Origin: Mobula hypostoma
Taxonomy: Eukaryota
Direction: 5' to 3'
Length of the DNA: 64,000 nt
Assembly (NCBI RefSeq): GCF_963921235.1
Contig: NC_086097.1
Coordinates: 180,484,001 to 180,548,000, forward strand
Shown: positions 38,501 to 50,500 of the stretch, in pieces
Layout of the letters: every line of letters starts with the position of its first letter
Numbering within the stretch: the stretch's first letter is position 1
The notes under the pieces: model-generated
What the model was told of the DNA's origin: nothing
Seen by the model: the letters and a program-made list of their open reading frames with translations, nothing else
Databases searched by the model: none
Translations under genes and position numbers: made by a program

Positions 38501-41500
38501 AGAAGTTGTTCCTGAATTGCTGAGTGTGTGCCTTCAGGCTTCTGTATCTCCTACATGAGAGTAACAGTGAGAAAAGGGCATGCCCTGGGTGCTGGAGGTC
38601 CTTAATAATGGACGCTGCCTTTCTGAGACACCGCTCCTTGAAGATGTCCTGGGTACTTTGTAGGCTACTACCCAAGATAGAGTTGACTAAATTTACAACC
38701 CTCTGCAGCTTTCAGTTCTGTGCAGTTGCCCCCCCCCCACCCCCATACCAGACAGTGATGCAGCCTGTCAGAATGCTGTCCTCGGTAAATCTACAGAATT
38801 TCTTGAGTGCATTTATTGACATGCCAAATCTCTTCAAACTCCTAATGAAGTATAGTCGCTGTCTTGTCTTCTTTATAACTGCAATGATATGTTGGGACCA
38901 GGTTAGGTCCTCAGAGATCTTGACACCCAGGAACGTGAAACTGTTCGCTCTCTCCACTTCTGATCCCTCTATAAGGATTGGTATGTGTTCCTTCATCTTA
39001 CCCTTCCTGAAGTCCACAATCATTTCTTTCATCTGTCAGTAGCCTGACTTTGTGACTTTTTTTTTAAAGGGCAGGGCAACTCTACAACCCACATCTTATT
39101 GATTGGAACACCTGACTCCAAATAGTTTTTGTAGAAGGCATTACCCCAGAGGTTCACATACTTTTTTTGAACCTAGGCTATGATTATTTAAATGGTCTAC
39201 TCAATATTGACAAGAAGTACAATTGTTTGTTATTAGATTAGGCAGATTGTGTTGTCTATTATTGTGACTTTGATGAAGTCTCTTGAGTAATTCAGAAAAC
39301 CAGGTAATTGTAAAGGGTTCACAAGCTTTTTCTTGTAATTGTACTCCTTTTATTTCAGTTTTTATAAGTTACCAGCCACCTGCATCTTTTCTTATGAAGA
39401 GTCTCGGCCCAAAGTGTTGACTGTTTATTCCCATCCATAGATGCTCCCTTGCTTGCTGAGTTCCGCCACCATTTTGTGTGTGTTGCTCAAGATTTACAGC
39501 ATTTGCAGAATCTCTTTTGTTTGTTCTTTTTTTCTCCCACCTGTTATTACTTAGATTCTTGAATGCATCTCTAGTACTCCCCTCAATCACTCTCCGTGGC
39601 TGCTGTCTGGGTTGTAGATATTTTGGTGTTGCATATACATGTCCTTGATCCCTCTGCTGTTTTTTCTCTCTTTCTCCAGATCAGGCTTCCATCAGGAGAC
39701 TCGCTGCGGGAGAGATTCCGGGAGGAAGACACATTGCAGAGCGTGAAGGAGTATATTACACAGCAGTGCCCTGAGCTGTTGTCCATCTCCCTCCTCCAGG
39801 GCTTTCCCAAGAGACATTTTACAGACTCTGAGCTTATCAGCACATTGGCAGACCTGGGGCTGAGTCCCACTGCCACGCTGTGTGTACGGAATGAGCAGTG
39901 CGTATCTACTGCCTCCCCAGGACTGCCGCTGGGTGCCCACACGCTGAGGATGCCTAGTGGGGACATTGTCGTGCCAGAGCAGCAGGCTGGAGCGTCTGCG
40001 TCCCAGCTGCGCTTGCAATCGCAGCCCTCCACTCCCCGTACTTGGGGGCGAGGAGAGCTTCTGGGTTACCGGATGATCGACAGCCTGCCATCCTCCAACA
40101 TGGACAAACCTCCATCTGTCCCAGGACACAGGATCCAGCCAGATGTGAGAGAGGGTGGGATGCGAGAACTAATGGAATCTCCATCAAGATCAAGATCAGC
40201 ACACAGCTGGGGTGAGAAGCGTGAACAATGGCCATCGCAGCATAGATGGCCCACACCATGGGCACGATCCTTAACCCTCTGCATCCCCCCCCCCCGCCCC
40301 GGCTCCCCGTGAATTAAACCTCGTTGCATCTTGTATGTTGAATGGAATTACTGTGAGCGAGTGGAGTCTTGCTAACAATTTCCAATAATACTCTCCACAT
40401 CGTCTCCTTGAATTCCCAGGGCAGGGACAGGACAGGTTAGACATAGAGTAAATCATAACACAAGAGATTGTGCAGATGCTAGAAATCTTGAGCAACACAC
40501 GGACACAGTAAAATACCCTCTATACATTCCCATCACATACACCCAAGGAAGGGACAGCATAGACTAGAATCAGAGCAAGGTTATGTCTCTTCATTGTCTC
40601 ATCAAACACTCCATGGGCAGGGCCAGTATAGATTAAATACAGAATAAAACTCAATGATGTTAGCTCACATACTCCCAGGTCAGGGAAGGCACTGTTGGGT
40701 GTAGAATAAATCTTCCTCTCCACTATTACATGAAATGCCTGAAGTTCAGTTATCACCTTTACCTGCTGAGACTGGGTTTGCCCTGTCCCTCCCACAGCAT
40801 TTGCATTCTGAGTAAGACTGGCAGTTTTCTTTCAACAGAGGCATCAGTTAGCCTGACAGTCTGGATAACAATTTTAATCCTGTTAAATTGGACTCCTGGC
40901 AAGGCTTGAGTCAGACTTCAGCATCCAGTCTGAAATGCTGGACACCTCCCAGCTGCTAATTCCACACTGTGCTTTTATTACAGGGCGGGGACAAAGGCTG
41001 GCTGCAGCTGGTAACAGCAGCCACCCTAATGAAGAGAGGCCCATTGGAGATGTCACAGAAGGGGAGGCAGAGAATCTTATCCCACAGCATCTGCTGATCC
41101 CTCCTGGTTAGTTAACCAAGATAAAATAACAGCTTGTCTCACTGAACATCCTAGAATGCTTTACAACCTGCAAAGTATGCTTCAGAAGTGTTGCCACTGG
41201 CTTACTGAAGGAAATATACCAGCTTATTTACAGCAACTACATATGTGGTCAGGAACAGACAAGAGGCTGTAAATGTCTGTTTGTTTCTTACAGTAGAATG
41301 ATTAAGCAATACTTTTTTGCCACCAAGGGAACTCGCTCCTTTTCAGATTAGTGGCCTAAGATGATGTCCTGTAAGGTAAATTCAAGGAATTAGATTCAGG
41401 TTCATTTATTTATCACATGTACATTGAAACATACAGTGAAAAGTGTTGTTTCTCTTCCAACACAACTTAAGGAAGTGCTGGGGACAGCCTGCAATTGTTG

Positions 41501-44500
41501 CTGCAGATTCCAGCACCAACATAGTATGCCCATAATGTTCAGCAGGACACAAGGAATAAAACATAATATTAGCAAAGCAAGCCCCTTCCTCCCGCCTACC
41601 TACGCACACTTGCACTGCAGCAGACTCACAGACATCGAGCCTCTGATTTCCCCCAGTGAATTAAGAGGTCCATCAAAGAGCAAGACCTCAAAAATAGTAA
41701 TGTCAAGATTACCACCAATTTCCTCTCTGTTCCACACTCACTAACATACTGGACCCAATGAAAAGATTGTCCCAGAAATCCAAATCCCTTCCTTCTGCAC
41801 AGAGTAATTGGTTGTGGGGAAGTTACTACCTATAAATTAGGATGGGTTAATTCCAGTAAGACCAGGACTGATGACAGTCATAGGGTTGAACAACATTTAA
41901 ATAGGACCTCAAAATAAATCTAAAGTAAAGTAAATTTCAAAGTCAGCTTATTATCGAAGTATATGTATGTCACCATATATGATCCTGAGATTTTCTTGTG
42001 GGCGTTTGTGGTAAATACAAACACAAACGAATCAATGAAAAACCACACACGTCCAAGACAGACAAAAAAAAATGTGCAAAAGACAACAAACTGCAAATAC
42101 AATAAAAGAAACAAAAATATTAAATAAATAAGCAATAAATATCGAGAACTTGAGTTGTAGAGTCCTTAGATGTGAGTCCATAGGTTGTGGAATCAATTCA
42201 GTGTTGGGGTGAGTAAAGTTATCCCCTCTGGTTCAAGAACTGACTTGTCCATACTGACGAAGATGCTTATCTGAACTAATCATATTTGCCTGCATTTAGC
42301 CCATATCCCTATAAACCTTTCCTATCTATGTACTTGACCAAATGATTTGAGTACTTCTCAACTACTGCAGACATCAACTAGCAAGTTCTGGTTAATACAG
42401 TAGAAGACTGTAACAAACTGCACAGTGCTACACTGTAGATAAGACAATACCAGCCAATGTCTGCAAGAAACTGTAAAGAGTTGTGAACATAGCTCAGCCC
42501 AGCACAGAAACCACACTCCTCTCCATAGACTCTGTCTACCCTTTTCGCTGCCTCTGTAAAGCGGCCATCATAATCAAAGACTCTACCGACCGTGGACATT
42601 CTCTCTTCTCCCCTCTCATATCAGACAGAAGATACAAAACCCTGAAAGCAAGTATCACCAGCTTCTATCCTGCAGTTAAAAGACAATTACATGGTCCTCT
42701 AGTATGAAAGATGAACTGCTGACCTCACAATTTACCTCATTATGGCTGCCTGCAGTGCAGTCTCTCTGTAACTAACATTTTTTTTACTGCATTCTGTTAT
42801 TGTTTTACCTTGTACTACCTGAATGCACTGTATAATGAATGGTATGTGAGACAAGCTTTTCCACTGTACTTCGGTACATGTGACTATAATAAACTAATTT
42901 AACAATCTTCAAAATTTGCTTTTAAGCCTTTGACCCAGAACTGATCTTTCGCCAAAATGGAAATCGTATCAGAAGCGGCTTTGAGCCTCGGTATCAGTGG
43001 CCTCTTCAGGGTAACCGTCTTAGGTGGGTGAAGCAGCCTCCCACTGTGTTCCTCACTATTATTTATTCAGAACTGTTAGTGCATTGAAATGCTCCAATGT
43101 ATCTGAGAGGAGTATGACCAGACAAAGTTCAACACTGCAGGATAGTAATTTTACCCTGCCCTTAGAGTGGGTGTTACCCTGTCTCTGTGCACACATTGAT
43201 GACTGCTAGTGACTGAATGCTGACTTGCATTTTTCTTCACTATCACCTCTCAATGTTACTTTGTGAATCCCTGTCGTTTAAGAATGATGTGGACGAGCTT
43301 TAGTCTGTATATGAGGTGTTTAAAACCATGCTGACCATGGAATCAGGGAAAACCTCTTGTCAGCCAGCAGACATCACTAGCTTCCTCTCCAGGACACCAG
43401 ACATGAGCAAAATCTTAGCAGGGAAGACAAAAGACATTTGGCACAGTCAGACCCATCTCAATGGTTTTTACTGCCTGGACTTGTAAAGGACAACCATAAT
43501 CAGGGCAATTAGGAGACTGAGGTCATCCCCAGACTGAACCGAACCCCTCTATACTGGGTGCCCAACGATCATGTGTGTGTTGTCCCTGCACTGAGATTGT
43601 GGGGATTAAACATGGAAGGAATTTTGGTCTGTATTTTTTAAAAAATAACTTTACTTGCATTTTCAACTTAAAACATTGTCCTCTTTTTCCACAGTTCATG
43701 CCATTACTTGCAGTATCCACTTGAAGACCACTGGAGTTTGGGAGTGTGTGATGGGATGATGTAGAGGGAGGTTCATTCTGTGTCTGATTCTGGTAGTGCG
43801 TGATGGAATGGAGGATGCTTCATTCGGTGTCTGATCCCGGGAGTCATGGGACAATGTAAAGGGAGCTTTAACTTGTTTCTAACCCATGCCTTGGGAGTGA
43901 TGGCAGGACAGTATAGAGGGAGCTTTACTCTGCCTTTAACTTGTACCATACTTGCCCTGAAAGTGTGTTACATAGCTCCATGGAGAGACCTTTACTGTTC
44001 ATTCACTGGGACAATTTAACAGGAAAGTTTAGAGTGAATGTTACACTGTTTCTGTGCACATATTAATTTTTGCTAGTGATAAAATAGTAACTTACAGTTT
44101 TCTTCATGGTGTCATCTCTGCCTGAGTTGGTGTTTCATTCTGAATCCCCCTGCAGGGAGGGTAGAGAGGAGCCGGCAGTTCAGAAGGGTCAGGAGCAGCG
44201 GGATCTGCCCAGTGTCTTGGCTCAGGCAGCTTTGGATCGCCTGAACAAAGCAGCAGAGAGGCAGTCTCACCACTCGCCACTGTCCTCACAGAAGAAGCTG
44301 TGCCGAGCCACACCAGTGCCTTCTCTCTTCAGTCTGGCAATTGGTAGTGCCGTGGTGCTAATGGCAGGTTGGTATTAATGGTGTGGGAGCAGTGGGCACC
44401 AGCAGGGAGCTTCACTCTCTGACCCCGGGAGTCTTCCAGTAGAAGTGGTAGAGGCAGGTTCGATATTGTCATTTAAAGAAAAATTGGATAGGTATATGGA

Positions 44501-47500
44501 CTGGAAAGGAATGGAGGATTATGGGCTGAGTGCAGGTTGGTGGGACTAGGTGAGAGTAAGCGTTTGGCACGGACTAGCAGGGCCGTGATGGCCTGTTTCT
44601 GTGCTGTAATGGTTATATGGGAGTATGTGATAGGATGGTGCAGAAGGATGCTCACTGTGTGTCTGATCCCAAGAGTATATGATAGAATGGTGTGGATTAA
44701 CCTTCACTCTGTGCCTGATCCCAGGAGTGTGTAATGGCATGGTCCAAAACATCAGCTGTTCATTCCCCTCCTTAGAAGCTGCCTGAATTGTTGAGTTCCT
44801 CCACCATTTTGCATACAGTATGTTGCAGTAGATTGAAGAGTGACTTTCAGAAGGCAGCCAGTTAAGTGACCAGAATCTCAGAATGTTTTGAATTGTGGAC
44901 AGATGAACTAAAGACGAGATTTGTGTGGAGCCTGAGCTTTCATCAAGAGAGAAACTTTTGCCTCAGTTATCTGTAAAAGCTGGAACCTGAACCAGAATGG
45001 TCTCTGGGTTAGAGCAAGTTTTAGGAAGGACCTTTGGTGGCTGGGGTTGGAGTAAAGCTCTCTCTACACAGTCATTTCAGATACTCATAGGGCACAAACA
45101 CACGAGATGCTACAGATACCAGACACCTTCAGCAAAATGAAATATGCTGGAGGAACTCAGCAAGTCAAGCACCACCCAAGGAGGGGAATAAACAGCTGAC
45201 ATTTCTGGCTGACACCTTTATCAACTCTGGAAAGGAAGAGGTAAAATCCAAAATAAGAACGTGGGAGGCGGGGAGGAGATGTACAAGCAGACAGGTGAGA
45301 TGCAGAATATTGCTCCCTCTGCCTGTCCTGTCATGCAGTCCCAGGGCAGAGGTTAGACAGTGAGGAAAGTTAATCAAAGTTGAGTTCATTGTCATATGCA
45401 CAAACACATATATGCACAGATGCATTGAAAAACTTACTTATAGCAGCATCACAAGCACGTGACATCAGATAAGCAGCATTCACAAGAAAAAATAAACACA
45501 CTTTTAACAAGAAAGAAGCAAAAATGTCTAGTGCAAAGTAGTAATAGTGTTATTAAACTGTCATGATTAAGGTTGTGCTGGTTGGTTGAAGGGAAGTAGC
45601 TTTCTTGAACCTAGTGGTGTGGGATGTGTTTGAATAATGTATTGAGCTCCATTACTCTCTGTAGCTTCTTGCGTCCTGCACATTTAAATTGCTGTATCAG
45701 ATTATAATACAACTAGTCAAGGTATTTTGAATAATACATCTCCACACTAACGTATTACTCACTCCCAGTCAAGGATAATTTGAGTGTGTATGAAGATGAT
45801 GCTCCATGTAAGATCAGTTGTACTGGGTGACCTGCTGTGTTTCAGATGTTTGTTACTGGGAGGACCCTGTTGGTTTTACTGAAGTTTTTATTCCTAGCGC
45901 CCAGTATGCAGTACAGTCGAAGCTTGGCCTGTCTCACCCCAGAGCTGGCGGAACATCTCCTCCACTACATGATCAATGAGCGTCTCCTTCGGCCCAAGTC
46001 CTTTGAGATTTTCTTCGGCTGTCAGATTCAGAAGCTGGTGCTGGATTGTTACCCATACACCACCAATGAGCTCCTGAGGAAACTGCGAGCATTCCACTCC
46101 CTCAAGCACCTCAGCCTCTCATCCTGCTCCCTAATCACAGGTACAGCTGCAGATCTCTGGCCCGTCATGTATGTCCTTGCTGTTTCTCCTGCACCTCTAC
46201 CAACTTTTCATTGTGACATTGTACTGTATTGTGGAATAAATTTGATAAATTAGTTTATTGTCACATACTGAGCTATAATGAAAAATTTGTTCATACCATT
46301 CATACAGATCAATTAATTAAAATAGTTCATTGGGGGTAATATAAGGGGAAAAATAACTGAATGCAGAATATAGTGTTAGAGAAAGAACAGGCAGACAACA
46401 AGGTGCAAGGCCATGAAGACCTGGATTGTGAGGTCAAGAGTCTACCTTATACTAGATACTATTAGGAGTCTTGTAACAGCGGGATTTAAACTATCCTTGA
46501 GCTTGGTGTAAGTACTTTCAGGCTTTTGTTTCTTATTCCCTGTGGGAGAGAGGAGAAGGAAGAACGTCTAGGGTGGCACACAATGCTGGAAGAACTCAGC
46601 AGGTCAGGTGGCATCTATGGAGAGGAATAATCATTTTTTTCATTTCAAGCCAAGACCCTTCATCAGGACTGGATAGGAAGGGGAAAGAAGCCTGAGTAAG
46701 AAGGTGGGAGGAGGGGAAGGAAGGAGTACAAACTGGCAGGTTATAGGTGAAGGGGAAGGTAGATGGGTGGGGGCTAAAGAAGGAATCAGAGGAGAGGAGA
46801 GTGGAACCGGGAAGAAAGGGAAGGAGGAGAGACATCAGAGGGAAGTCATAGGCAGGTGAGGAGAAGAGAAGAGGTAAAAGGAGCCAGTATGGGAAATAGA
46901 AAAAAGAGGGGGAGGGAGAAATCACTGGAAGTTAGAGAAATCAACAATCATGCCATCAGGTTGGAGGCTACCCAGATGGAATACGAGGTGTTGCTCCTCC
47001 AACCTGAGAGTGGCCTCATTGTGGCAATAGAAGAGGCAACAGACTGACTTATGGGAAAGGGGAGTGGAGTTAAAATGGTTTAATTCATATCAGGTGGAGG
47101 GTACAAAAGCCTGACAGCTTGTACCACCAGACTCCAGTATAGCTGTTATAAGACTATTGAATAGCCCCTCCGTGTAAGATAGGTGCCTGACCTCACAATC
47201 TACCTTGTTTATGTCTTGCACCTTATTGTCTGTCTGCACTGTATGTTCTCTGTAACTATAATCCTTTATTCTGTGTTCTGTTATTGTTTTCCCTTATACT
47301 ACATCAATGTACTGATGTGATGAAATGATCTGTGTGGATGTGTACCTTGGTACATATAACAATAATAAATTAATTTATTAACTTTTTTCACCTGTCTGTT
47401 TGTCCACTCAGATTCTCTTGCTTTCTCTTGTTCTAGATTCTGGTTTGGAGGTTTTCACTTCTTTGCAGAGGCTGCAGTATCTGAACCTGGCAGCGTGTGT

Positions 47501-50500
47501 GAAACTTACCGACAACTGTCTGTGCAGCATTAAAGGTTTGTGTCTGATCTTTGTCTAGATCCACCCAAACAGGTGGGACACATTTTCAGGGGGTCGTGCA
47601 TAGTGTGTTGATTACACATTGATTCTCCGAAGTCCTTTTAAACTTGGGGGGTGACTTCCTGAATCCCTGTGTTGGGCAGCTGAAGTTGGCTGGTTGCTTG
47701 GATTGGTTGTTCAGTGGAAGGGAGGCACTGAGGGCAGAAGGGAGGGTTTTGGGAGGATTGAGAATATAATGTGCATCTTATTTTATCCTAACTGCCTACA
47801 TCAGATAGGCAGTTCCTTTTATCTTTCTGCCTGGGCCTCAACATTACTTGATAACTAAGGCTCCCTAAACTTGTTATCCTTTTACTCTAATAGGAACATA
47901 TAAATTCTGTACTTTCAATATTTCATTTTTGAATACCTCCCACTTAACAAACATCCTTTTGCTAGAAAACAACCTATCCCAACCCCTGTCTGCCAGAACC
48001 TTCTGATGACATCAAAATTGGCTCTTCTCCACTTCAGAATCTCAACTCGAGGACCAGTCCTGTCTTTCTCCATAATTATCTGAAATCTAATGGAATTATG
48101 GTCTCTAAATCCAGAGTGTTTCCCAACATATCTGCCCTGTCTCATTCCCTCATTCCAGTATCAAGCTTCCTCTAGTTGAGGCCTCTATATGTTGATTAAG
48201 GAAACTTTCCTGATCACATTTGACAAACTGAATCCCATCTAGTCCTTTTAGAGTATGGAAATCTAGTCAATATGTGGAAAATTGAAATCACCTACTAACA
48301 CAACTTTTACTTGCAACTGTTATCTCTACAAATTTACTGCTGTAAATTCCGCTGATTACTGGGAAGACTATAACACAGTCCCATTAATGTAGTCATCCTC
48401 TTTATTGTTCAGTTCCACCCATACTGCCTCAATAACATAGTCCTCCTCTTTGTCCTGTCTGAGCACTGCTGTTACATTTTCCCTGACAAGTAATGCTATC
48501 CCTCTCCCTTTAATGCTTTTCCCTCTATAACCCCAGAACACTGAGATGGCAGTCCTGCCTTTCTGCAAGTCTTACTAATGGCTACAACATCATAATTTCA
48601 CGTGCTGTTCCTATGCTCTAAGTTCATTCTATAATATAACTTACATTGAAGTAGATGCAAGTCAGATCACCATGCTGTGTTTGCTTGCCTTTCAGTTTCT
48701 GTGTTTGCTTGCAAGTTTAACATTTATTTTCCCCACAGCCCTACACTTGCTGCCCTGGCACTCTGATTTCCACTCTCTTCAAATCTAGTTTAAAACCCCA
48801 GGATCAACTCAAGTAAACCTTTCTACAAGGATGTCAATCCCTCTCCAGTTCAGATGCAAACCATCCTGTTTGCACAGGTCTCATTTACCTTAAACGAGGG
48901 CCCACTGATCGAAAACCCTGAAGCTGTCCCTCCTGCACCATCTGCTTAGTCACAGAACTGCACTACCTTCCTATTTCTTGCCTCACAAGCATGTGGCATG
49001 GGTAGCAATCCTGAGATTACAACCCTGTCCTTTAACTTAGATGAAAGTGTATTGCTGAAAGGTCAACACTGCAGATTCCCTGTAGTGTTTTTTTCTCCCC
49101 CTAGACTCCGGTTTTGAGGCAGTGTTCTGGGTCATTTTCCATGGTCTATATCTTCTCTTCAGGTGTGAAACATAATTCCATCCAGTAGACTTCTTATAGC
49201 AGTAAATTGCAAATCTAAACCTGTCTTCTGAGGATTACACAAGGTCAGGGTGTCCTCATTGTTTCTGAAATGGGGCTTGCCCTACATGTTACAGTCTGCA
49301 CCAGAGTCCCATTGTCACTCTTCACCAGTTATCTCTTCTTCATTGCACAGAACATGGTCAAGCTGTGAGTCAAATGTTCACCAGAAGTTAGTACTCCAGG
49401 AATGGAGTAGACCATAGATCAGTACAGCACATGGCCCATAATGGCCGTGCTAACCATGATGCCAAATTAAGCTGATCCCACCTGTGTCTTCATGGTCCAT
49501 ATCCCTCCATTCTGTGCCAGCTTGTGTATCTGTCTAAACACTTGTTAAATGCCATTGTTATGTCTGCTTCCACCACCATCCCCAGTAACACATTCCAGGG
49601 TTGGGAGCGGGGAAGTACTTGCCCTGTGCAACTCCCTATAACCTACTCCCTCTCACAAAGCTATGTCCTCTCTTATTCAACATCTGTACCCTGTGGGGGA
49701 AAAATCAATTTGTCTAGCCTGTCTTCATTTTATAAACCTCTATAAGGTCACCCCTCAACCTCCGATCTCCAGAGAAAACAATCCAAGTTTGTCTAATCTT
49801 CCTTTATAGCTCCCACCCTCCAATCCAGACAACATCCTGGTTAACTTCTTCTGCACCTTCTTCAAAGCCTCCATGTTCTTGTAATAGGGTGACTAGGACT
49901 ACACATAATACTCAAACACAGCAAAGGGAGCAAGGAATTCTGGTGGCAATGGTTTGGGTGTGGTTTTACAGTATCTCTGTACCGCCTATGTTCCATAGAG
50001 AACTGGTTGCCGGGGATTTAGTCAGCAGGTCTATAGGAACAGATGGATGGGTGTGTACAGGGAGTGAGAACGGCTGAAAAAGGTAACCCAGGATAGTGGA
50101 GGCAGAGGAGAGTATGACTGTTAAAATTCCCACTGTCCTAATACATCAGCACAGAACTGTAGGAGAAATCTGCTTTTTTCCTCAAAGGTCTCAGGTGCCT
50201 TTCCCACCTGGTCCTGGATCAAACCAAAGTAAGCGACTCAGGAGTGATGGATTACCTGGGCGATGCTCCTGCGTCACTCGTCCACCTCAGTCTGAATCAA
50301 ACGGGTGTCAGTGATCGGGTATTGATTGTGCTCCCTTCTGCAGTTCCACAACTTCGCTACCTCAGCATCAAGCACACTAAGGTCAGTAAGTGGGTGGGCT
50401 TACTGCCAGAGGTGTGTGATCCACCTCCAGTGCACTGTAAAAGCAGCTACACTCTGGGGGTTGATTATCTGCTCCTCCCGAGATGCTAATATCTTTTGTG

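Noticed and set aside
40212..40312. Read-through of exon 6 ORF to a stop (UBA-UBX-only protein)
   Set aside because: A good donor at 40212 and in-phase downstream exons restore the WGRGQRL motif; intron retention cannot be excluded but has no support here.
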